Source: Leucoraja ocellata
Lineage: Eukaryota
DNA length: 64,000 bases
Direction: 5' to 3'
Assembly (NCBI GenBank): GCA_036785375.1
Contig: JAWMAR010000136.1
Coordinates: forward strand, 1,612,001 to 1,676,000
Position 1 is the stretch's first letter, and the number at the start of each line of letters is the position of its first letter. A program made the position numbers and the translations under genes. Positions 1-11,249 of the stretch are shown here, piece after piece. Under the pieces are notes generated by a model, which was not told where the DNA came from, ran no database searches, and worked only from the letters and a program-made list of their open reading frames with translations.

Positions 1-144
1 TTCAGACCCAATTTCCTCGAATCTTGGCCTGGTTTTGTAAAGCAGCATGTCATTTTTTCTGAAATCTGCATGTATAAATTTTCAGGTGTTGATATAGCTC
101 CATAGTTGTGGTGAAATAATACTATACATTCATGTTGAAAAGGT
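1..144 (-). CDS. Gene A candidate cytoplasmic exon (PFQHECIVLFHHNYGAISTPENLYMQISEKM...), runs off the window edge
   Basis: Branch-like CTGAC plus pyrimidine tract and cag at 147-145. Phase 2 matches the TM donor, and the frame is open to the edge. An alternative acceptor at 593 would give SLWWL*. Confidence 0.4.
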
Positions 145-879
145 CTGGGTGATGAGAAATATGGAGATGTAGTGGTCAGAACACATCACGCTTTGGTTAA
201 CAAAGGCCTGTACATTGCACTAGAAATGCGTTCCGCAGTCTTGAGGTTTTTTTGGGTGATTCCAATGCACTCTTGAACAGGAAATGCATGGGGGATGGTG
301 TACTTTAGCCTTAAGTGAAGCAATTGAAAAGAAATAGCAAAGCATTGACAATAAAGAAATGCCAGTGATAAGATTCACAGCAGGAAAAATATTCCAATGG
401 CATTGATGGCATTCAAGCTTCAATTTTACATATTGGTTTATTAAGCTAAGATAAGCTGTCACGCAGCCTAATAGTGAGAATCATATACGACATGGAAAAG
501 TCCAATCAAATCCAATCAATCCAATTAAATCAAATTGACTCCATATTATCCAGTCTCACTCTGCTGTCTCTTCTTTTTCAAAGCCACCATAAACTGTTAA
601 CAGCAAACAGGGAATTAGATTTTTTTTTCAAAATTTACTCTCAGTGAGTTTCATTTCAAAACTTTCTTGCTGCTCCCCTTGTGAAATGTTATGTCACTCT
701 CTCATTATTCAACTTTCCCTTTCATCCTTTTAACCTTTGCAAAGTTGACTAAATAAAAGGGCTTTTCCTTTCAAGTCTCTTCATGAATAATTCCACGTCT
801 TGGTGGCTTTGTGGAGAGTTGATGCTGCACTTTTTCCAGAAATGAATTTCCTCTCCAAACTTCCTCCCTAACTTCAGTA

Positions 880-2260
880 GGTCTATCTATCATCTATATA
901 TCATCTATATAATTAAAAGTGTCATCTTGACCACTGCCTGTCTGTGCTGTATATTGATTTTAGAAAAAAACGCTGTCATATATCGCTATGATTTTTGGCC
1001 ATCTTACTCACAGTCCTCCTCTGCTGAGCAGGTCCTGAGGATTTTTCCCATCAATGAAAAATGAAAAAGTTATGAGTGTTTAAAAAACCATGAGATACTC
1101 TCGCCTTTCAATCACCGCGATGAAGGTAATGCCCTTTCTGGGGGTGGGGGGGCAGGACTATAAAACCCCGGATGCCTGGACGTGACTCAGTCACTCTGCA
1201 AGATCGTGAGGGAGAGAGCATGACTCTCATTCTAAGCTGTGAGTCGGCATTTCTATTGCCATTGCCAACTGAACTGTGAGTCTGCATTGTACTTGCAATA
1301 AATGATTTGTTAGCCCTTAATGAAAATAAAATGAGTTGTTTGGCCTGCCTTGTGCTTGAAACTGCAATGGCAATGGAAGTGAAATGAAAATGCAATGAGT
1401 TGTTTGGCCTGCCCTGTGCTTAAACCTGCAATGGAAATGGAAATGAAATGAAAATGCAATGAGCTGTTTGGCCTGCCCTGTGCTTGAAACTGAAATGGAA
1501 ATGAAATGAAAATACAATGAGCTGTTTGCCCTGCTCTGTTCTTGAAATGGAAATAAAATGAAATGAGTTGTTTGGCCTGCTTGAAACCACTAATTTCAGT
1601 CCACAAGGCCCCTAATAGCCGAGTCACCAGCCGAGATATTCTCTCTCTCTCTCCCCCTCTCTCCCTCTCTCCCTCTCTCCCCCCCTCCCCCCCATGGATT
1701 GGTCTTTTCTCCTGTCACTCTCCGGGATGGTCCGCCACTTCCTGCGCCATCACGTCTTTACTGGAGCTGAGGATGGCCATCGGAGGTCTCCAAACGGACA
1801 ATTTTCGGACGGCCCGGAAGCGGACCGGCCCACCCCAGCCTGGCGCGGAGTCGGAGATGTCGCCAAATGGAGAGCAGGGACTCTGATCCTGGCGGAGGAG
1901 AACAACCATCAACTAGCACCCGCTGTGAATCCCCATCGCACCGCCAGCTCCCTTGCTGGCTCCTGTCCCCCTCACCCGTGATACCCCCTCTTCACCATGG
2001 CTCTTCCCTCTTTTCTCTGAGCTCTCTCCCCCCACAACCCCTCCCGCCCAAACACCCCCCCCACAACCCCAGTTCGTCCGCACCTCCCTCCCCCACCTCC
2101 CCAGCCCACACTACCCCCCCACCTTCACAAGCCCCGCCGCCTACCCACAAACCTCGCCAACAGCCCCCTCCCCGCACAACCACCCCAACTCACACCACCC
2201 CTTACCAACCCCCCCCCCCCTCCACAATCCCCCCACCGAACACCCTCTTTTACCTTTTTG
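880..2260. mobile_element. Non-autonomous Helitron-like element(s) with internal ~55-bp tandem repeat and C-rich low-complexity tract
   Basis: TCTATATAATTAAAAG-type start near 904, minisatellite at about 1320-1590, C-rich tract at 1990-2240. Boundaries approximate. Confidence 0.4.
1320..1590. repeat. Minisatellite, ~55-bp unit (gaaatgaaaatgcaatgagttgtttggcctgccctgtgcttgaaac...), about 5 copies
   Basis: Directly visible tandem copies. Confidence 0.85.
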
Positions 2261-2264
2261 TTAC

Positions 2265-2352
2265 CTATTTCGGAACAGGCAAAAATATATTATTGCCAAA
2301 ATGATGGCAGTAGTTAGGGGGACCAGGACCAGGGCATAAAGCCAAGGATAAT
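2265..2352 (-). CDS. Gene A exon 5: transmembrane (DYPWLYALVLVPLTTAIILAIIYFCLFRN)
   Basis: Acceptor ttttctttcacag in phase 1, uncharged ~23-aa hydrophobic run, donor AATAG|gtaaca in phase 2. Read-through would stop immediately (RNR*). Confidence 0.85.
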
Positions 2353-2751
2353 CTGTGAAAGAAAATTCAAGGTGTCAACTAAATGTAATGTTTCAGCTCT
2401 GAGAAACATAAAAAGTATAAAAAAATACACTGCAATCGTTTTACTATATTTGACAGCAGGGTACATATTTCTTTCAAAGAGACACACTGCCATTTATAAA
2501 CAAAACTACAGCACTCTAATGTTTAAATGTTCCAATTCTTCAATGGAAACACTATAAAATCAAAGCATTTGAAGATGACAGCAGTAAATCGTCTTTACTA
2601 CATATGATTTGTAAAATAAATAAAATATTACAATTGATCAATCACTAAGATCAATAAAAAAGACATTGAACTAATTAAGCTGAGGTGTTATTTGCTAAGA
2701 ATGATTCCACCTCAATTACCTAGGCACATGTATAATTACATTTCTATTTAC

Positions 2752-3069
2752 CTTTCCGTTTTGTGTTTATCGAGATACTTCTGTTTCTCCAGCCGTAGTC
2801 GTTTTTTGCCATGCACCAATACATTCCTTCATCTTTACGCTGGAAACGTATCCATTCTTTTGAACTGTTGAACCCGACTCCAGTTTGCAACGTTACATTA
2901 TGATTCTCCGTAGCATTTGTCCAGAAAACAGTGGGCACCGGATTACTATCTACGCGACAATTCAGTTCCAGGAATGAATCAGCAGCAACAAAGATGATGC
3001 TATCATTGATCAGTCGAAAAGTATCCACTGCTTTCAACCTGTATGTTATTAATAGATCTTGTGGTCCAT
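2752..3069 (-). CDS. Gene A exon 4: Ig C2/I-set domain
   Basis: Acceptor tctttaccgttag, donor AAAG|gtaaat, 318 nt, phase 1/1. YGPQ start, LNCRVDSNP..TVFW, DEGMYWCMAKNDYG. Confidence 0.9.
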
Positions 3070-3944
3070 CTAACGGTAAAGATAATGTACACTTTATTGT
3101 AGATTAAAGCAATGTGAAAAGAATTAACATGCAAGTAGACACAGAACAGCTATTTACAATCAAATTTTGCACTTCTGAAAGCTAATCATTCTCAAGGGGC
3201 CTCAGTACAACACGGACTGCCACTGAAGCCAAGTTGGAAAGAATCGAATACGTAACAAAAAGCTAAGCTTGTTCTTGTCTATGGAGAGTGAGGGATTGAT
3301 GCGGAGAGGAAAGGGGAGTGAATGCTAGAGCTTAATGAACCATTTGCACGATGAAAGTTGAGAATCTTCGACATTACGACTGGAGAAATGTAGAATTGTT
3401 CGATGGTTATACAGCTGGTAGTAACGAGATGAAGTGTTTGGTAAACGTAGCAAATGGAGGTCCAAATGCCTAACCGTTTGAAGAGTCAACCCAGTAATAT
3501 AATTCTTAGGTGATTTCCTTCACCTGTCGGAACACAGGTGGGTGTGGGGTTGTAAGTGATTTATACGGCTACCACAAATGATCACAGATACCCCTGCATA
3601 TGGTGAGAGTACTAGGGCCACCTGTGAAGGGAATGCTAGAGTAACTCAGCGGGCCAGGCAGCATCTCTGAAGAGGGAATGGGTGACGCTTTGGGTCGAGA
3701 CCCTACTCCCGCTGAGTTACTCCAACTATCTTCTTTTTAAACCAGCATCTGCAGTTTCTTCCTACACATGATAAGGGAATATTGTTGGTGTGGCCATGAA
3801 TAGAGGAATTGATATTGAAAACAAAGTTATTGCAGGACAGAGGGCTATGAACTCAAAGACCTAAGGTTAAGACAAGTACATAAGACGGGCATTGAAAATA
3901 GCGAGAAGAAGATACCACTCATTGCAATGAAGTACAAAACAAGC

Positions 3945-4640
3945 AGAGATGCAAAATACAATACAATACTATACAAAACAATACAATTTATTGTCAACGA
4001 AATTCTGTTTCCACAGCCATACAAACAAAGACAATTTCCTACAGACATACACACAATTTAATTCACACAAACAAGTCCCCCCCCCCCCCCCCTGCTCCCC
4101 ACATATACCACATTTAAAACTAGTATTTAAAAAAAACACCAACACTACATTTAACTAGACAAAAAATAAAAAAAAGACAGAAAGGCTGTAGGGGGCGCTG
4201 CAACGGGTGAGTCGCGCCACCAACCAAAGGGTGAAGTGTTGCAGGAGATGGATAAGGACAGAAGAAAGTGAGTTTTGGTGAAAGGGAACATAGAACCTCT
4301 GTGAGGCCGTAGCCAAGAAGTTTGGAGAAGGAGCAATTAGTTATATTTGAAATACTTTTATCAATGCACACACGCACAATGAGGACTTAGATGGCAAAAG
4401 TCCAATTCTAAAATAAATAGGATAGAACATGAATATGGAAGGGAGAGGGATGATGAATAATGATCCACCCTGTAAGTGTCATAAACTCTGATTGCGAAGG
4501 AAGGTTAGCTGGATTAGCTTTTAAGATTGCCTCAGTGGAGGTGGGGAGACACACACATAGGATTACCAAGAGATATCTATAAATAAGCTTCAAACTGAAC
4601 TGAGAATGATTCAAATCTGGGAAATAATCATCATAGTTAG
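3945..4640 (-). mobile_element. Degenerate L1/Tx1-like LINE 3' fragment
   Basis: Minus-strand remnants resemble an ORF2 C-terminal region. (AATAC)n tract near 3955. Confidence 0.4.
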
Positions 4641-4954
4641 AAGACAATTAGGGGCAGATTAATTAAAAGCAATTGAGAAAGGTGAATTGAAACTTTGGGT
4701 CTGAGTAACAGGACAAGAGAGGAAGGCAAAATAGAAGAAACCAAGAACAATATAAATGAGAGAAAATGTAAGTGATAAAACTAATGGAACTGGGTCAATG
4801 AACAGGTAAAGTAGATGCAGAAGACATTCAGTTAGACTGGTATAGATGGTGATGTACAGTGCATATCAGTTATAACACAACAATGTGCATACAATAAGAA
4901 TTCAAAAATTAGCAACCATTGAATACCACTTCAAAAGTTATAGATGATACTTAC

Positions 4955-5245
4955 ACATAATATTTAGTTTGATCGTATTTACAGCTGGCCGTCTAAAAAC
5001 GGAATGATTAATCTGACAACTGCAAACAGTTCCATTGTCTTCCACTCTTGGGACAATCTTGTAATGACTGGTGGCAACTAGTGTGCCATTCCTGTCTGTT
5101 TCAAAAGTTGGTGCAGTGATATTTGTAGAAGTGCATGTCCATGTAAAGGAGACATCCTTGTCGTACAATCCCTTGCCAGTGCAGGTTAGAGTGGATTCAT
5201 GACCAGCAACCAAAGTATCACTCCGTATATACATTTCTGGAAGAT
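4955..5245 (-). CDS. Gene A exon 3: Ig C1-like constant domain
   Basis: Acceptor tcttctctcag, donor ATGT|gtaagt, 291 nt, phase 1/1. TLTCTGKGLY..V.FTW, NGTLVATS, CSCQINH. Confidence 0.9.
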
Positions 5246-5625
5246 CTGAGAGAAGATAAAGCATAAAGTATTAAACTATATATCACACATTTCAATGTTA
5301 GTGAAACTTACTGACAGAGTAAGTTGTCCAAAATTCTGCTCTATTTTCATAGAGAATATGTTAAATTAATGATGTAGAATTATAAAAAAAATATAGCCCT
5401 TCTTTAGCTGAGACGCATCAAGGATCAAATATATGCTGGACCATTATAATATTACTCCATGGTCCTGGCAAAATGAGATCATGTATATCCAACAGACTCA
5501 CAGTCTTTTGGTTAGTATTGGCGATACTTGTAATGCACAGTAATGCACAGTAAAACATTTCAGTGAGAGAATAGTGGTAACTTGAGTTAATAATAATCAC
5601 TGTAGAAATTTATGGTATAGAACAA

Positions 5626-5856
5626 GAGATCCCAACCTGGGATAAATTTACCCCCAGAGGGTAAATTTCGCCTACCTAGGGGGTAAATTTGTTGAGTCTG
5701 GATTTTGTACATATTTTTTCTCATTGACTGACTGTGTTTGGTTCTGGCATACCGGTATCTGTTCATCATTAGTTGTTCATATATGTGAAATAACATTGTT
5801 ATGTGCTATTAAAGTTGCCAGTGGTAATCGGGATGAAAAAGGTTGAGAACCCCTGG
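5626..5856. mobile_element. hAT-type MITE remnant
   Basis: Right end ggttgagaacccctg (CAGGGGTTCTCAAC-type TIR) with a degenerate left counterpart. Confidence 0.5.
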
Positions 5857-6849
5857 TGTAGGAGATACATGCTGCTCTAAAACATACGTTAAATTGACTC
5901 TCACTTCTCAAGTTCAAAGCCCTGTAAGTGATGCACTTCAAGTGCTTATTCAGGTACATGAAATTTGGTGAAGATTTCTACTTCTTTTACCCATTCTGGT
6001 GATGAATTCCAGTCACTGCCACTGATTAAGTGAATTTATTTGTTTAATAAGGAATTGCAGATGCTGGAAAATCGAAGGTACACAAAAATGCTGGAGAAAC
6101 TCAGCGGGTGCAGCAGCATCTATGGAGCGAAGGAAGCTTCATAGATGCTGCTGCACCCGCTGAGTTTCTCCAGCATTTTTGTGTACGTCCAAGTGAATTT
6201 ATTTGTTCACAACATCAACCCAATTTTGTCTACCAGCTAAATTACATCTATGCTTCTAAGTTACTCCGGGCAACGAGATCCAAGTCCTTTCTGGTTTGTT
6301 TGTTGAGACCTCACATAATTTAATGCACTGCAATTTAATTGCTCCTCAGACTTAATTGTTGCAAACTAAGGAGACCAACCCTGCTCTGCTCTTTTCTCAC
6401 CCATAGCTATGTGGCTAAGCATAGCTCCAACGCCATCTATCAACTCAACAATGACACCATAGTGGTTAGCTGAATTAGGGGTGGTGATCAGTCAGTCCGC
6501 AAGAGAGAGATGGAACAACTGGTTGATTGGTGCTGCAACAACAAACTCTCACTCAAGGTCAACAAAACAAAGTAGCAAATCATTAACTTTGGAATGGTGA
6601 AGTCGGGCGACAACATGCAGTTTTTAAGATTGGGTCAATGGTGGAATGAGTTAGCAACTTCAAATTCCTGGATGATAACATCTCAGATGACCTCGCTTAA
6701 GCAGAGCACATAGCTGTAATCATGAAAAAGATCTACCACTGCCTCTACTTTGTTAGAAGTTTAAAAATTAATTGGGTCAATAATATTATTGATTTCATAA
6801 ACATAAAGTGGCGAGACTGGAGATCATCATGGTATTACAAATACTTTAC

Positions 6850-7197
6850 CATAAACCTGTATTCGTGTTCCTTGGCCCGTTTCATAAATTGGAGGGAAGA
6901 CATTTGGTACCTTCACCGCACAGATGTAGTCGTAAACAGAGTGACCAAACGATACATTTTCAATCATCAGTGATACTGTACAGTTGTTGAAACCACCCCA
7001 GAGGGGGTGAGGAATGCAGAGCGAGTTGTTCGTGTTGTAAGTAATATCAGCCCCTCCAGGCGATTTCCGATACCATGAAACGCGGAGCCAGGCATTCACA
7101 CTTCCATTATAACTAAACGTACAGTTTAACGTGACGGACTCGCCTCTGCACACTTTGACCAGACGTGGCTGGATCAAATTTGTGATTAGCGGAACTC
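6850..7197 (-). CDS. Gene A exon 2: IgV domain, germline VJ-type (CD28H/NKp30-like)
   Basis: Acceptor tattttccaccag, donor TATG|gtaaag, 348 nt, phase 1/1. Has B-strand Cys (TLNC), C-strand WYR, F-strand YIC and a J-like GQGTRIQV. Confidence 0.93.
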
Positions 7198-7248
7198 CTG
7201 GTGGAAAATAAATACATTTGTCAATGATACTCCCGTTAGTAGTTCAAT

Positions 7249-7987
7249 AGGGTGATTTCACCTAAGGTCAAATGAGCGTAGATCCCCCCTCACGTGACCG
7301 AAATTTTTTACTGGAGGACATCTCTCAGTTTGGTACATGTAAGTGAATGGGGAAACACGCACTTTCCCACCCGTTAAAAACATGGAAAACGGCCGATTTT
7401 TGAGCTGAAATTTTCTGTGCTAGTCGGGGTGACCGTAAAGCACAGCGACCTAAAATTTCAGGCAAAAAAAAAGATAGAAAGTAAGGTAATTACAAGAGGG
7501 AACTGAAGGTAGAAAGCAGTGGAAGTGAACAGCTGACATTTGCCGTGGTGATTTTAAGATCCAAAATATCGGGAATTATCGCGTTTGCTCGCTGAATTTC
7601 ATCAAAAGGAAGGCATTATTAACTTACTTTTGATGAAATTTAGCGAGCAAACGCGATAATTCCCGATATTTTGGATCTTAAAATCTCCACGGCAAATGTT
7701 TGCTGTTCAATTCCGCTGTGTTCCACCTTCAGTTCCCTCTTGTATTTACCTTACTTTCTATCTTTTATTTTGCCTGAAATTTTAGGTCGCTGTGCTTCAC
7801 GGTCACCCCGACTAGCACAGAAAATTTCAGCTCAAAAATCGGCCGTTTTCCATGTTTTTAACGGGTGGGAAAGTGCGTGTTTCCCCATTCACTTACATGT
7901 ACCGAACTGAGAGATGTCCTCCAGTTAAAATTTTCGATCACGTGAGGGGGGGGTCTACGCTCATTTGACCTTTGGTGAAATCACCCT
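7249..7987. mobile_element. Fully palindromic DNA-transposon MITE (~740 bp) in gene A intron 1
   Basis: Arms of about 365 bp (AGGGTGATTTCAC...GTGAAATCACCCT) around a ~10-nt loop near 7613-7622, flanked by AT on both sides. Confidence 0.9.
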
Positions 7988-8694
7988 ATAAACATCCACT
8001 TTACACACTGAACGAGGGATTGGTTTTCTAACGGAAACAATACTTAAAAGAAACGCATTCAAATCTGACGTTTTCAAACACCGATTCTCGCTTCCATGAT
8101 GGTTGCAAATGCCTTCTCTCAGCAGATTCGGTGGCAGGTGGCACCGTGATATTTGGACGCTAGAAAAGACACAAGTGGCTGGAGTAACTCGGCGGGTCAG
8201 GAAGCATCTCAGGAGCACATGGATGAGATGATTTTTCAAAGTTTGGAAAAGGGTCCCGACCCGAAACGCCTCCTATCCATGTTCTCCAGGGATGCTGCCT
8301 GCCTGACCCGCTGAGTTGCTCCAGCACTCTGTGTCTTCACTTGCAAACCAGAATCTGCTGTTCTTCGTTTCTACACCTTCGTAAGTTTCTTGCTTTGTGC
8401 TCTCTGATGGAGTTGCAGTGACCGAATTATATCTCAAATGTTTTAACTATTTGAATCTTTGCAGGCAATCGCAGTCAATGAAGATGCAAAACTTTTATTC
8501 CAACATTAAAGATACTGATTAAATGGAGACTAAATATTGTGAAGGGTTTCTCGGCCTTTGAGCAGAGATATTAATCGACTTGCTGTTTTAATAACAGACT
8601 AGCTCCTGAACTACCTATCGATGCAATATGCCACATAATGAAGATCCTCATCACGGCTCCTTGGCCCACAGATTGTCCGATCAACATAACTTGC

Positions 8695-8743
8695 CTTGTG
8701 TTCCTGCATGCAGGAGGAAAAGCAGCTTCAGGAGGAGTTGCAT
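8695..8743 (-). CDS. Gene A exon 1: signal peptide (MQLLLKLLFLLHAGTQ-G)
   Basis: ATG at 8743, hydrophobic 16-codon leader, phase-1 end at a GC donor (CAAG|gcaagt). Joins in frame to the V exon, giving TQG/VPLITNL. Confidence 0.75.
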
Positions 8744-8898
8744 CTTTACCCGATTCTGACCGGCCCTGGAAATGTTAAACTCTCCGCCCGCGGTCAGCTC
8801 CAATCGTGCAAATGTCAAGTGAGGATGATCCGTCCGCTGTGAACTCGCATCGCAGACGGAGAATATCAGAGACTGTGAAATGCCAGAGGGTGTACTGA

Positions 8899-8942
8899 GC
8901 AGAGGAAGTTACGTTCGAGCCGAAGGAAGTTTTCACTTTCCC
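8899..8942. promoter_or_regulatory. Candidate gene A promoter: ETS/PU.1 sites plus IRF element
   Basis: AGAGGAAGT (8901-8909) and AAGGAAGTTTTCACTTTCC (8923-8941; GAAAGTGAAA on minus), about 160-200 nt upstream of the ATG. Minus-strand TATAAAA near 9100 and CACTTCCTG at 9182. Confidence 0.5.
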
Positions 8943-11249
8943 TAGATTAATATCACTGCCTTTGTTCAAGCAAACACTGAGGATCTGTGTCAATGAAATC
9001 CACAGAGTGCGTGTTGGAAGAGAACGGAATCAAACACAATGTCACAGCATCTAAAACAGCTACCCCAGTCAATGCGCCGTCAGAGTGACTTCAGTGCCTT
9101 TTATAATTCGCTGCAGCAAGGTTGTCTTACTTCAAATAAGTTTCTTTCACCCATTGAAGCATTTTGATAAAGTTTAACTCTCACTTCCTGCACTGGCACC
9201 ACTGAAAAATGCTTTTTCCGCCCTTGTTCAACCTATAGCATTAGGTTTAAAGTGAAGGGGGAGTTAATAGGAATCTGACGGGCAACTTTTTTTACACAAT
9301 GACAAAAATGAGAGAAAAGGGAGCACAGGATTACCTGAAATTGCAGCACATGTAATAATCTAATTTTCATTGTTCATACTAAATTGTAGATTACCCAGAT
9401 GAGATCTGAAGTGCTGTTCTTCCAATCTGGATTAGACCTCACCATGGTCATGTGAAGGCCTAGGACAGACTGGTCAGTGTGAGTAGGAAGGGGAGATGAA
9501 AGGTCTGGCAACTGGGAAGACAGAATAGCCATTAGGGACAGAGCACTTCCACGAGGCAGCTGCTTGAACTACAGCTGGTCTCGCCGATGTAGAGGAGATC
9601 ACATCAGGAATACAAATTGAGTAGACAAAGTTGTAGCAGATCGTGAATCTACATCTGACCTGGAAATACTGTTTAGGTCACTGGATGGTAGTGAGGACAT
9701 AGATGTAGGAACAAGTGTAGCATCTCTTACGGTTGCAGTAGAAAGAGCTAGGGGGCAGGGAGAGGTGGGTGGGAATGTATAAGTGAATTAGTGAGTGGCA
9801 GAGGGAAAGCAGGAAGAGATGGGGTGGGGAAGATGTGACTGCTGGTGGGATCCCATCGCAGCTGGTGGAAAGGTAAAGACCAAGGGAATAGTATCTTTGT
9901 TAAATGGAGGAAATGTGAACGGGAGGTCCATCGACCACAGCAGAGGAGAAATCACATTTTGTGGAGGACATCTGAGATGTTATAGAGTCATAGGGTCATA
10001 CAGCATGGAAACAGGCCCATTGGCCCACCTTGCCAACATGTCCCAGCTACACTAGTCCCTCCTGTCTGCTTTTGGTCCATAACCCACTAAACCTGTCCTA
10101 TCCACGTACCTGTCTAAATGTTTCTTAAACACTGCAAGAGATAGTACCTGCCTCAATTACCTCCTCTTGCAGCTCGTTCCATGCACCCTCCACCCTATCA
10201 GGTTCCTATTAAGCCTTTCCCCTTAAACCTTATTACCTTAAACCTATGATGAAAATAACTTCACCAGAGCCTATGTTCTGGAAAGGAAAGTCTCTTCTTG
10301 AGAGTAGATGCAACAGAAAAGGTGACACTGAGAGAAAGGGAAAGAAAGGTGGACTTACAGCACTGTGGTGCTGGCTCGAAGTACCAAATGACCTCGACTT
10401 GCACCTATCTTCTTTGTTTACAAGAGACCATGTGGGAGGAAGACTTGTCAAGATCATTGTGGGGGTTAGTTGGACTATGTTAAATGTCAGTAGATTGTTA
10501 GTCTCCTGAGACAGTGACAGAGAGATACAGAAAAAGGGAGAGATGCAAGAAATGGCCCAACTGAATTTTAGATTCATAGGGAGAAGATCATAGTGAAGGT
10601 GATGAACAGAGTCATTAAAGTGTTTACTTGATTTTGACTCTACTCTTCTGTATTATATTCTTGGGTCAGATTGTGAACTAACCTCTTATATGGCATATGT
10701 GGAACTGCTCTGCATCTGTACACGGCCATATCATAACTATACGTATTGGCACAGTAGATGCCATTCCTATCTTTTCTACCAGTGCGCCACCTTGTGCATA
10801 AATTTAACATAGCAGTTATATGCTTAAAATACATTTGGTTTGGTGCATTAAATGTAATATAACATGGGTATAATGATAAAATATAATGTAAGTTGGCACA
10901 GATTTGGTGGGTCAAAGTGTCTGTTTTCACGCTGAATCTCTCCATGACGGTGACTACCTTTTGCACCCTATTTGGTGAAATATCTAGGCCTTTCCCAGTG
11001 GTGATCAGTTGTGAGAAATCAATGTACTCAAGTACGATGGCTCATGTGATAAATTGGCCCATTATTTGGTTGTCTTCTCTCACTGCTTTGCAGATGAAGA
11101 AGAAAGGCATTTATGTGGAGAAGCTAGATAGTCAGCAAGGAAGAACAATTCTACTTTGGAAAAATAAGGGTATCAAGCAAGAACCAATTACTTTCTTGAG
11201 GTAGCTAAAGTAAATACTATTTAAGAATTTAAGAAATAATTTAAGAATA

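Noticed and set aside
220-462. Hydrophobic ORF as the gene A TM exon
   Set aside because: A better TM exon with correct splice sites and phase exists at 2265-2352.
1320-1590. CRISPR-like array
   Set aside because: Tandem units without unique spacers in eukaryotic DNA: a minisatellite.
1563-2339. Pro-rich ORFs
   Set aside because: They come from C-rich low-complexity repeat and overlap the gene A TM exon in antisense.
6850-7197. Rearranging Ig/TCR V segments
   Set aside because: The J-like motif is in the same exon, which ends at a splice donor, and no heptamer/nonamer is seen nearby.
2752-7197. Siglec/CD22 assignment based on the YGP and DSNP C2 domain
   Set aside because: The V domain lacks the F-strand sialic-acid-binding Arg, and domain 2 is C1-like.
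10683-10790. Minus-strand segment with Ig-like DMAVYRC
   Set aside because: No B-strand Cys or C-strand Trp at the right spacing, a weak acceptor and no partner exons.
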